The notes under the pieces: model-generated
Told to the model about the DNA's origin: nothing
The model's database searches: none
What the model saw: only the letters and a program-made list of their open reading frames with translations
Position numbers and translations under genes: made by a program
Part shown: positions 9,377 to 18,103 of the stretch, piece by piece
How the letters are laid out: every line of letters begins with the position of its first letter
Position numbering within the stretch: position 1 is the first letter of the stretch
Source of the DNA: an uncultured Gemmatimonadales bacterium
GTDB lineage: Bacteria; Gemmatimonadota; Gemmatimonadetes; Longimicrobiales; RSA9
Reading direction: 5' to 3'
DNA length: 64,000 nucleotides
Assembly (NCBI GenBank): GCA_963798845.1
Contig: CAWCUS010000002.1
Coordinates: 352,001-416,000, forward strand

Positions 9377-10200
9377 ACGCGCGCCGCGACGGGTTCACCC
9401 TGATCGAGGTGATGATCGTGGCGGTGCTCCTCGCGGCCACCCTGGGAGCCGTGTACCAGGCCCTGAACGTACAGGAGCTCAGCTACAAGACCGGGAGCAC
9501 CATGATCCGGGGGCAGGAGAGCATGCGCACGGGCCTCGGGATCCTCGAATCCGAGCTCCGCGAGCTGAGCACCACCGGCGCCGACATCGGGGGCGTGGAC
9601 ATCCGCGTGGCTGCGGCCGATTCCGTCATATTCCGGGCGCAGCGGAAGCTCGGCTTCGTCTGCGCCATTGCGCTCTCGGACAACAAGGTCACGCTGGCCG
9701 TCATGGGCGACGGATTCGTCCGCTACGACAGCGTGCTGGTCTTCGTCGATGGTGACAGCCTGCGCTCGAGCGACGACGCCTGGGTGACCAGCCAGGTGCA
9801 GGATGCCGCCACGGACGTGAATACCGCGTGCGCCACCCGCTTCCCGGGCCTCCCCATCCAGACGCTGCACGTGGGCGCCGGGATCCTCGATGGCGTGAAG
9901 CTGCACTCGCCCGTCCGGGCGTTCCAGTGGGTTCTCTACGGGATCCGCGAGTTCCCGAAGCCTCAGGGCTGGTCGCTGGCCCGCCGCCTCGGCGATGCCG
10001 ACGCGACGGACTATCTCGTCGGGGGACTCGCTCCCCCGCCGAACGGAGTCCACTTCGAATATTTCGACGCGGACGGGAACACCACGGCGAACCCGTCCGA
10101 GATCACGCGAATGCGGATCGGCATGCAGGTGCTGGACAACGGCGGCGGAGCTGGCGAGCCGCAGGCGCTGACCACGAACCTCTTCTTCCGGAACAACTGA
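9373..10200 (+). CDS. Minor pilin, PilW-like (cassette 2)
   Basis: RRDG|FTLIEVMIV motif and a C-terminal FEYFDADG...LFFRNN typical of PilW-like proteins. Confidence 0.8.
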   Translation: MNARRDGFTLIEVMIVAVLLAATLGAVYQALNVQELSYKTGSTMIRGQESMRTGLGILESELRELSTTGADIGGVDIRVAAADSVIFRAQRKLGFVCAIALSDNKVTLAVMGDGFVRYDSVLVFVDGDSLRSSDDAWVTSQVQDAATDVNTACATRFPGLPIQTLHVGAGILDGVKLHSPVRAFQWVLYGIREFPKPQGWSLARRLGDADATDYLVGGLAPPPNGVHFEYFDADGNTTANPSEITRMRIGMQVLDNGGGAGEPQALTTNLFFRNN

Positions 10201-10206
10201 CCGGCC

Positions 10207-11394
10207 ATGCGAATCACTGCCCACGCTTCCGCCCTTCGTGACGGCTTCGCGCTCCCGATCGCGCTCCTGGCCATGATCGTCATCGGGGCGATCGTCACCG
10301 GCGGTTTCTACGCGTCCTCCCAGGAGACGCGTGTGAGCATGAGCTCGGAGCTGGGCGGACAGGCGTTCTACGTGGCCGAGTACGGGCTTGACGAGGTCCT
10401 CGCGTCGAGCCGGACCGGCGACTTCACGAGCGTGGTCGCCCCCGAGGACTGGGGCGGAGAGGACGTCACCACCGGCGGTGGCGACCTCCTCGGCCACTAT
10501 GACATCGAGGTCAGGAGCGTGGGCGAGCGCATGTTCCTGGTGTCTTCCACCGGGACCGTGACCGCGGGCGGACACCACGCAAGTCGTGAGGTGGGCACCA
10601 TCATCCGGACGCTCACGGCCGACATGCCGCGCGAGAGCGCGCTGTCGATCTACGGCGGTCTAACCATGAAGGGGAACGCCACCGAGATCAACGGCTTCGA
10701 GGAGCAGGAGCCCGGCTGCGCGCCCATCGGCACCGGCGTTCCCGGGATCACTACCAACCGGCCCGACCTGGTCGACGCCACCGCCAACCTGACTGGCGTC
10801 CCGCCGATCCAGGACGACCCTTCCCTCGACGTCGCCGCCCTCAGCACGTTCGGCAGCCTCAGCCTCGACGACCTCAAGGGGATGGCCGACCTCGTCTTCG
10901 AGCACGGCATCCCCGTCAGCCAGAGCCCCGAGCCGACCACCAACGGCTCCGGAGCATGCGACACGTCCAACCCACTCAACTGGGGCGATCCCGTGGATGG
11001 AGGCGTCTGCAAAGGCCGATTCCCGATCATCTATTCCAAGGACGATGCCAAGATCACGGGCGGCATGGGGCAGGGGATCCTGATCGTGGACGGAGACCTC
11101 GAGCTCGCGGGGAACATGAAGTTCTTCGGTGTGGTCATCGTGCTCGGGAAACTGTGGATGGGGGGAACGGGCCAGACGGGTGGGCAGATCGTCGGCAGCG
11201 CAATCGTCCACAACGGCGCCGAGCTGGTCGACGAGAGCACCACGGTCGGCAACTCCATGATCCAGTACTCCAGGTGCCGGGTCGAGCGAGCGTTCAACGC
11301 AATCCTCCGTGTCCGCCCGTTGGCGGCGCGAGGGTGGATGGATCTTTCGGTGGCCGCTCCGGCGGCGCTGACAACGGGATTCCCCGGCTCATGA
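10207..11394 (+). CDS. PilX-like minor pilin with extended C-terminal beta-repeat domain (cassette 2)
   Basis: RDG|FALPIALL (no E5), the PilX N-terminal motif QAFYVAEYG, and GQGILIVDGDL beta-repeats. Confidence 0.8.
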   Translation: MRITAHASALRDGFALPIALLAMIVIGAIVTGGFYASSQETRVSMSSELGGQAFYVAEYGLDEVLASSRTGDFTSVVAPEDWGGEDVTTGGGDLLGHYDIEVRSVGERMFLVSSTGTVTAGGHHASREVGTIIRTLTADMPRESALSIYGGLTMKGNATEINGFEEQEPGCAPIGTGVPGITTNRPDLVDATANLTGVPPIQDDPSLDVAALSTFGSLSLDDLKGMADLVFEHGIPVSQSPEPTTNGSGACDTSNPLNWGDPVDGGVCKGRFPIIYSKDDAKITGGMGQGILIVDGDLELAGNMKFFGVVIVLGKLWMGGTGQTGGQIVGSAIVHNGAELVDESTTVGNSMIQYSRCRVERAFNAILRVRPLAARGWMDLSVAAPAALTTGFPGS

Positions 11395-11423
11395 TAGGCC
11401 GGGGCGAAGGTGTGTGTATTTCA

Positions 11424-11453
11424 TTGACAGGCCAGAGTGGCAGACGTAGCGCA
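11424..11453 (+). promoter_or_regulatory. Candidate promoter of pilMNOPQ
   Basis: TTGACA-N17-TAGCGC. An overlapping TGGCAG-N5-GCGCA also has GG-N10-GC spacing. Confidence 0.4.
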
Positions 11454-11501
11454 AAGCGTTCCACCACAACGGCCTTCCCCGACAACGCGGATTCCTGACG
11501 A

Positions 11502-12539
11502 ATGGGACTATTCGGCCGTAGCAAGGTCACCGCGGGCCTCGACATCGGGAGTGGCTTCGTCAAGCTGGTCGTGGTGGACCACTCCAAGGGCGACCCCGAG
11601 ATCACCAAGATCGCCACCAGCCCGCTGGTCGCGGATGCCATCGTCGAGGGCGAGGTCATGGACCCCGTGCTCGTGGCCGAGACCATCCGCTCGGTCATTG
11701 AGGCCGCCGGACTCGCGCGGCAGAACGTCGTCGCCGCCGTGGGAGGGCACGACGTCATCATCAAGAAGATCCAGATGGACCGGATGAGCGAGCCGGAGGC
11801 ACGCGAGCTGATCCGGTGGGAAGCGCATCAGCACGTCCCGTTCGACATGGAGAGCGTGCAGCTCGACTTCCAGATCCTCGATCCGGATTCCGACGACGCC
11901 CAGATGTCGGTGCTGCTGGTCGCAGCCAAGCGCGAGCTGATCGAGAACCGCCTCGCCCTCCTCGCCGATGCGGGCCTGTCGCCGGCCATGATCGATGTGG
12001 ACGCCTTCGCGCTCCACAACGCGTTCGAGCAGGGCTATCCCGGCAGCATGACCGGGATGGTGGCGCTGGTGAACGTCGGGCACGAGACCACGAACGTGAA
12101 CATCCTCGACGACGGCGTGCCCGTCGTCGTCCGGGACATTCCGTTCGGCTCCCGCCGCATCAGGGAGTCGCTGCAGCGCGAGCGCGGGCTCACCGCCGAG
12201 CAGGCGGAGGACGTGATCCAGGGCCGGGAGGACGCCGTGGATCTGGAGTCGTTCGTGACGGAGCGGGTGGACGAGCTGGCCGTGGGGATCGAGCGCGCGA
12301 TCGCCTTCATCACCGCCCAGTCCGGCGGCGAGGGCGTGGGCCAGGTCTTCCTGTGCGGCGGCGGCGCGCGTGTTCCCGGCGTCGCTGCCGCCCTGGGTGA
12401 GCGCCTCGGCGTTCCCACCCACCTGGCCAATCCGCTGGAGCGGATCGCCGTCCACCCGGACGTGAACCTGGAAGTCGCGGTCGATGAGGTGGCACCAATG
12501 CTGATGCTGCCCGTCGGCCTCGCCATGCGGAGGGCCTGA
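11502..12539 (+). CDS. pilM: Type IV pilus assembly protein PilM
   Basis: Actin-like fold motifs GLDIGS, VLLVAAK, VNVGHETT and FLCGGGA. First gene of the MNOPQ block. Confidence 0.93.
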   Translation: MGLFGRSKVTAGLDIGSGFVKLVVVDHSKGDPEITKIATSPLVADAIVEGEVMDPVLVAETIRSVIEAAGLARQNVVAAVGGHDVIIKKIQMDRMSEPEARELIRWEAHQHVPFDMESVQLDFQILDPDSDDAQMSVLLVAAKRELIENRLALLADAGLSPAMIDVDAFALHNAFEQGYPGSMTGMVALVNVGHETTNVNILDDGVPVVVRDIPFGSRRIRESLQRERGLTAEQAEDVIQGREDAVDLESFVTERVDELAVGIERAIAFITAQSGGEGVGQVFLCGGGARVPGVAAALGERLGVPTHLANPLERIAVHPDVNLEVAVDEVAPMLMLPVGLAMRRA

Positions 12540-12550
12540 GCCACGCCATC

Positions 12551-13261
12551 ATGATCGAGATCAATCTCCTGCCCAGCGCACAGAAGACGCGGAAGAAGGC
12601 GGCCGTCTCCGGGTTCCCGTTGAGGCTCCCGAGATCACTGTCTTCCTTCGACCGAACGCTCGCTTTCACCCTGGGGGCGTGGATCATCGGACCGCTCGCC
12701 GTCGCGTGGCTGTTCTTCAGCGTGCACGGCAAGCTCGGCGACGCGCAGGTCGCGCTCGAGCAGGCGGTAGCCGACTCGACCCGCTACGCCAGGACCATCG
12801 AGACGCAGGAGCGCCTGCGGGCCAGGCAGGACACGGTGGCCCAGAAGCTGGCGATCATCCAGGAGATCAATGCCGGACGCTACGTCTGGCCCCACATCCT
12901 GGACGAGGTCAGCCTGGCGCTTCCGGCCTTCACGTGGGTCACCGGGATCTACCAGATCGAGGGCGGAACGGTGCCGGCCTTCCAGATCCAGGGGCTGACC
13001 GGCAGCCTGCCCGCGCTCACGCACTTCATGGACGCCCTCGAGGCCAGCCCCTTCCTGCGCAACATCGAGCTGGTGTCCAGCGAGCAGGTCACCGTGGGCG
13101 GAGCGAAATCGGGGAAGATCGCCAACAACTTCATGCTGACGGGGCACTACGAGCAGCCGCCGTCGGATCTGATCGAGACGGTGTCGCTCTTCCCGGACCT
13201 CACCGGGGACGACACGCTAACGGCAGGAACGGAGGCGAGCCATGGCTCTGGGACTCCCTGA
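12551..13261 (+). CDS. pilN: Type IV pilus assembly protein PilN
   Basis: N-terminal INLLP motif, one TM segment, coiled coil, LEASPF. Confidence 0.9.
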   Translation: MIEINLLPSAQKTRKKAAVSGFPLRLPRSLSSFDRTLAFTLGAWIIGPLAVAWLFFSVHGKLGDAQVALEQAVADSTRYARTIETQERLRARQDTVAQKLAIIQEINAGRYVWPHILDEVSLALPAFTWVTGIYQIEGGTVPAFQIQGLTGSLPALTHFMDALEASPFLRNIELVSSEQVTVGGAKSGKIANNFMLTGHYEQPPSDLIETVSLFPDLTGDDTLTAGTEASHGSGTP

Positions 13262-13853
13262 CGACCCGGCAAAGCAGAAGCGGCTCCTGATCGGAGCGCT
13301 CCCGCTCCTGCTGCTCGCCGCCTACGTGTACTTCCTCAATGGCAAGTACACGCAGCAGCTGGACGATCTCCAGACACACGTGGAGCAGCTGGAGGCACAG
13401 AACTCGGTGGCTCGGATACGGTCGCTCCAGGGCCATGAGCTCGAAGAGCGCCTGGCGATCTTCGAGAAGCACATCAGCCGCCTCGAGCAGCTCGTTCCGC
13501 GCCGGGAGGAAGTGTCTCAGCTCCTCAACCAGATCAACCAGACGGCGCAGCGGGTAGGGGTCGAGGTGGCGGTCTTCCGCCCCGGCGAGATCGGCAGCGG
13601 TCCGCAGTACGACCGCCGCACGTTCGACCTGACGGTATACGGGACGTACCAGAACATCGGTCGGCTCCTGGCCGACATCGGCTCGCTCCCCCGGATCATC
13701 ACGCCAATCGACCTGCAGCTGGTCTCGCGCAGCGAGAAGGACCGGGCCGGGGGGGAGCGGCTGCAGGCGACGTTCGTCGTGGAGACGTACGTGGTTCCCG
13801 ATCACCCGGCCCATCCGGCGGCCGCCATCACGGGAGGCTCTACCGGTGCGTAA
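13242..13853 (+). CDS. pilO: Type IV pilus assembly protein PilO
   Basis: TM plus coiled coil, LVP..EEV..LL and G.Y..IG..L..IG.LPRII motifs. Confidence 0.9.
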   Translation: MALGLPDDPAKQKRLLIGALPLLLLAAYVYFLNGKYTQQLDDLQTHVEQLEAQNSVARIRSLQGHELEERLAIFEKHISRLEQLVPRREEVSQLLNQINQTAQRVGVEVAVFRPGEIGSGPQYDRRTFDLTVYGTYQNIGRLLADIGSLPRIITPIDLQLVSRSEKDRAGGERLQATFVVETYVVPDHPAHPAAAITGGSTGA

Positions 13854-14304
13854 ATCCATACGCCTCATGACCATGGTCGGGCTGGCACTGCTGGCGCTCG
13901 CGCCCGCCGCGGCCAGCGCACAGGCCCCCGCGCGGACTGCCGTGCCGGCGAAGGCCACCACGGACGCGGCGAAGCTCACGCTGATCTACGAGCGGGAGGT
14001 CTACACGTACGGCGGCATCGGTCGCCGGGACCCGTTCCGCCCCCTCACCGATGACGAGGAGAGCGGCCCCCGCTTCGAGGAGCTGACGCTCCAGGGGATC
14101 ATCTATTCCGATGCGCCGGGAAAGAGCCTGGCCCTGCTGAACGACGTCTCCGACCGCGTGCACAGAGCGCGCGTGGGCGACGTGCTGGGCGACTCCCGCG
14201 TGCTGGAAATCACGCCGGACCGGGTGGTGTTCGCGGTGAACAACTTCGGCAACGTGCGGCAGGAGATGCTGGAGCTCAAGAAGAGTGGAGGAAACGAGCG
14301 ATGA
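13846..14304 (+). CDS. pilP: PilP-like pilus assembly protein
   Basis: RRDPF motif and position between pilO and pilQ. It has an AxA-type signal peptide and no lipobox Cys. Confidence 0.75.
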   Translation: MRKSIRLMTMVGLALLALAPAAASAQAPARTAVPAKATTDAAKLTLIYEREVYTYGGIGRRDPFRPLTDDEESGPRFEELTLQGIIYSDAPGKSLALLNDVSDRVHRARVGDVLGDSRVLEITPDRVVFAVNNFGNVRQEMLELKKSGGNER

Positions 14305-16115
14305 TGCCGATCCTGGCGCTACGCGCCTTTCTGTTGACGGTCCTGGCGGGGGTCCAGGGGCTGAGTGTGATTCCGGCTGGGGACCGGACGGACGTCCTCA
14401 TCCAGACGGACGGACCCGTCACGATCCAGCACCAGATGCTGGCCTCACCGCCGCGCATCGTGGTGGACCTCGCCGGCTCGGAGTTCGCCCTGCCGGGCCA
14501 GCGGTTCATGGACATCAACCGCGGCGGCGTCGTGGCGCTCCGCTCCAGCCAGTACCAGGCGGGAGTGGTGCGCGTCGTCGTGGACCTGTCCGAGGCCGTG
14601 GACTACGAGATCCACGAAGAGGACGGGCACGTGAGGATCTCCTTCCTGAACCGGGCCGGCCCGTTCGAAGCGTGGAGCACGGGTGCAGGAGCGGCCGCGG
14701 CGGCGACACCGGCCCCGGCGCCGCCTGCCGATGCGCCGACCGCCGCCCTGCCCACCTCCCGGAGCGCCGCGCCGGGTTCGGACGCGCGCGTCGCGAAGCC
14801 GGTGGCCGTGACCCGGCCGGCGGTGATCGAGGCGCCGGATCCTCAGCAGCCCCGGATCACCGTCGAGTTCCGCAACACGCCGATCGTGGACGTGCTCGGC
14901 ACGTTCGCGGACTTCTCGAGCCGCAGCATCGTCCCCGGCAAGGGCGTGGGCAACCAGACGATCACCGCGACGATCCAGGACCAGCCGTGGGACGAAGCCA
15001 TGCGGGCGATCCTGGCGGGGCAGGGGCTCGCGGCGGACGAGATGTCCAGCGGGATCATCATGGTGACGTCGCTTCAGCAGCGGCGGGAGGTCGAGCAGCA
15101 GGAGGCCACCGTTACCGAAGCCTTCCAGCTCGAGTACGTCGCGGCCGACTCCATCGCGGTGCAGGTGCAGCAGCTCCTCGGAAACGGGGAGAAGATGGCC
15201 GGCACGGTCGCGGTCAACCGTGCCACGAACTCCCTGATCGTGTCCGCGGGCGAGTCCACTGTGGCGCGCGTGCGCAACCTGATCCCGTCGCTGGACAAGC
15301 GGACCCCGCAGGTTACGGTGCAGGTCCGGATCCTCTCCCTGCGCCGGAGCGATTTCGATGGCCTCGGGATCCACTACGAGATCAAGGACACCGAAGGCAA
15401 CCAGGTCAACCGCCTCACCCCGGGGTGGAACGACGAGAACGGGAACGGCCTCGTCAATGACGGCGAGCAGGTCGATCCGCAAACGGACATCGTGTCCCTG
15501 ACCGGCAGCAGCATCGCCGCGGTGGGGAACGCGGCGGAGCGGATCCAGAAACCCACGTTCGAAGTGCTTTCGTCGCTCCTTCTCGGGCGCTATGCGGTGA
15601 TCACCTGGCTGGAGGCGGTGGAGCGGCTCGAGCTGGCGGAGCTCCAGGCCGACCCGGTGGTGACGGTGCTGGACAACCGCACTGCCAAGATCCACGTGGG
15701 CGAGCGCACGCCGATCCGTGTGGTGGACGAGGGTGCCGCGTCGGCGAACGGGCCCCGCGCGCAGGTGCGGACGGAGCAGACGGGCGTGATCATCGAGGTC
15801 ACGCCGCACGTGGTCGCGGACCAGGTCCTGCTCCAGCTGCACGCCGAGCGGTCGAACATCGAGAGCTTCTCGGCGGACGCCGGCTACGTCTTCGGGACGT
15901 CGCAGACGGACACGCAGATCCTGCTGAACGACGGCGAGACGGCGGTCATCAGCGGTCTCACGACCACGGACATGAAGACCACGCTCCAGGGCATCCCGAT
16001 CCTCATGGACATCCCGGTGCTGGGCGCCCTGTTCCGGAACACGTACAAGACCGCGGCCAAGCAGGATCTCCTGATCATGGTGACCCCGTACATAGATCGC
16101 TCCGGGGGAACCTGA
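14301..16115 (+). CDS. pilQ: Type IV pilus secretin PilQ (AMIN, N0/N3 and secretin domains)
   Basis: AMIN domain (PPRIVVDL...VRVVVDL), DQPWDEA, and secretin signature GIPILMDIPVLGALF...LLIMVTP. Confidence 0.93.
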   Translation: MMPILALRAFLLTVLAGVQGLSVIPAGDRTDVLIQTDGPVTIQHQMLASPPRIVVDLAGSEFALPGQRFMDINRGGVVALRSSQYQAGVVRVVVDLSEAVDYEIHEEDGHVRISFLNRAGPFEAWSTGAGAAAAATPAPAPPADAPTAALPTSRSAAPGSDARVAKPVAVTRPAVIEAPDPQQPRITVEFRNTPIVDVLGTFADFSSRSIVPGKGVGNQTITATIQDQPWDEAMRAILAGQGLAADEMSSGIIMVTSLQQRREVEQQEATVTEAFQLEYVAADSIAVQVQQLLGNGEKMAGTVAVNRATNSLIVSAGESTVARVRNLIPSLDKRTPQVTVQVRILSLRRSDFDGLGIHYEIKDTEGNQVNRLTPGWNDENGNGLVNDGEQVDPQTDIVSLTGSSIAAVGNAAERIQKPTFEVLSSLLLGRYAVITWLEAVERLELAELQADPVVTVLDNRTAKIHVGERTPIRVVDEGAASANGPRAQVRTEQTGVIIEVTPHVVADQVLLQLHAERSNIESFSADAGYVFGTSQTDTQILLNDGETAVISGLTTTDMKTTLQGIPILMDIPVLGALFRNTYKTAAKQDLLIMVTPYIDRSGGT

Positions 16116-16158
16116 GCCGCTCGGGCAGTTGACGGCGGCCCGGCCAGGCCGCATGCTC

Positions 16159-16193
16159 CGAAGCCCCCGCCCGCGGCGGGGGCTTCGTCGTTT
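16159..16193 (+). terminator. Terminator after pilQ
   Basis: CGAAGCCCCCGCC/GGCGGGGGCTTCG 13-bp stem followed by TCGTTT. Confidence 0.7.
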
Positions 16194-16292
16194 CCGCGGC
16201 CGCGCGGGCCGCCCGTGCGCCGGCGCGCCGTTGGCGCGGCGACGTCGTGGTCTGGCCCTGGCCGCGGAGGTCGCCACTCCATCCACAGGCGC

Positions 16293-17546
16293 ATGCACTT
16301 CACTTACACGACCGCCGGCGAATCTCACGGGCGCGGCATCCTCGCCCTCGTCGAGGGCATCCCCGCGGGCCTCTCACTCCAGGCCGACCGTGACATCGAC
16401 CCCCAGCTGCGTCGCCGGCAGGGCGGCTACGGGCGGGGCGGCCGCATGGCCATCGAGCAGGACCGTGCCGAGCTGTGGAGCGGCGTCCGTCTCGGCGAGA
16501 CCATCGGCGCGCCCATTGCCCTCCTGATCCGGAACCGTGACTGGGAGAACTGGACGACGGCCATGAGCCCGGAGCCGCCTTCCGACGACGCCTCGGACCA
16601 CGACCTGCGACGCGTCTACCTCCCGCGCCCGGGGCACGCCGACCTGGTCGGCGTCCTGAAGTACGGCCGCGAGGATGCCCGCGATGTCCTGGAGCGCGCG
16701 TCCGCCCGGGAGACGGCCGCCCGGGTGGCCGCGGGGGCCGTCGCCCGCCGGCTCCTGGCCGGGCTGGGCGTCCGGATCGGCAGCCACGTGGTCCGGCTCG
16801 GCGAAGTGCAGGCCGCGCCACCGGAGCGGTGGCCGGAGGACCTCGACGCCGCGGCCGATGCGTCGCCTCTGCGCACCCTGGACCCCGACGCCGAGCGCCG
16901 CATGATCGACGCGGTGGACGCCGCGCGCCTGGCCGGTGACACCCTCGGCGGCGTGTTCGAGGTGGTGGCCGAAGGTGTGCCGGCGGGGCTCGGCAGCTAT
17001 GTCGCCTGGCACCGCCGCCTCGACGGCCGGCTCGCCGGCGCCCTCATGTCCATCCCGGCCATGAAGGGGGTGGAGATCGGACTTGGGTTCACCGCGGCCG
17101 GGCTCCGGGGCTCAGCGGTCCACGACGAGATCCATTACGATCCGGCGGGGAGCATCCGGACCACGGGTGGGTATGAGCGGCGCACGAACCGGGCGGGCGG
17201 GCTGGAGGGCGGCATGACCACGGGCGCCCCGCTCGTTCTCCGCGTCGCCATGAAGCCGCTCTCGACCCTCATGCGGCCGCTCGCCAGCGTCGACCTGCGC
17301 ACCAAGCGGGCGACCAATGCCATCCGCGAGCGGAGCGATGTGGCGGCGCTCGCGGCTGCCGGCGTGGTGGGTGAGGCCATGGTCGCCATGGTCCTCGCCG
17401 ACGCCGTCCTGGAAAAGTTCGGCGGCGACTCGATGGCCGAGCTGCTCCGCAACGCCGCGGCCTACGGCGATGAGCTGGAACGGCGGGGACGGGCGGTGGC
17501 GCCCGGCGCCCCTGACGAAGCGCCGTACGAGTCGGGGGCCCATTGA
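16293..17546 (+). CDS. aroC: Chorismate synthase
   Basis: [28 protein letters not shown] and MKP motifs. Confidence 0.97.
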   Translation: MHFTYTTAGESHGRGILALVEGIPAGLSLQADRDIDPQLRRRQGGYGRGGRMAIEQDRAELWSGVRLGETIGAPIALLIRNRDWENWTTAMSPEPPSDDASDHDLRRVYLPRPGHADLVGVLKYGREDARDVLERASARETAARVAAGAVARRLLAGLGVRIGSHVVRLGEVQAAPPERWPEDLDAAADASPLRTLDPDAERRMIDAVDAARLAGDTLGGVFEVVAEGVPAGLGSYVAWHRRLDGRLAGALMSIPAMKGVEIGLGFTAAGLRGSAVHDEIHYDPAGSIRTTGGYERRTNRAGGLEGGMTTGAPLVLRVAMKPLSTLMRPLASVDLRTKRATNAIRERSDVAALAAAGVVGEAMVAMVLADAVLEKFGGDSMAELLRNAAAYGDELERRGRAVAPGAPDEAPYESGAH

Positions 17547-18103
17547 GCCATGGCGGTGCCCGGCTCCCGGAGCGAATAGTGCTCGTCGGTTTCATGGCCT
17601 CCGGCAAGAGCACCGTCGCGCCGCTCCTTGCCCGGCGGCTCGGCTGGGCCGTCGTCGACATGGACACCCTGATCCTGGAGCGCACGGGGCGGACTCCTGG
17701 TGCGCTGATCCGAGACCGGGGCGAGCAGGCGTTCCGCGCCATCGAACGAACGCTCACCGAAGAGCTGGCGGATCGCCGGAACGCAGTGCTGGCTCCGGGC
17801 GGCGGTTGGGGGGCACGGCCGGAGCTCGCGGCGCTGCTCGGCCCGGGCACGCTGCGCGTGTGGCTGAGAGTATCCGCGGAAGAGGCGGTCCGCCGGGCCG
17901 CCGCCGACGAATCGGATCGTCCCCTCCTGGGCCCGGCTCGCGAACGGCTGGAGCGGGCGAGCGCCCTGCTCGCGGAGCGGGAGGCAGGCTACGCGGCAGC
18001 GGAGATGTCGGTAGATGCGGGGGGGCGGGACCCGGCGGCGGTCGCCGACGAGATCGTCCGGCGGCTGCAGCGAGGGGATGGGGAGGATGATGAGCGAGCG
18101 TAG
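17543..18103 (+). CDS. aroK: Shikimate kinase
   Basis: [10 protein letters not shown]-loop, D.D, GE..FR..E, RPLL. Confidence 0.93.
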   Translation: MSHGGARLPERIVLVGFMASGKSTVAPLLARRLGWAVVDMDTLILERTGRTPGALIRDRGEQAFRAIERTLTEELADRRNAVLAPGGGWGARPELAALLGPGTLRVWLRVSAEEAVRRAAADESDRPLLGPARERLERASALLAEREAGYAAAEMSVDAGGRDPAAVADEIVRRLQRGDGEDDERA

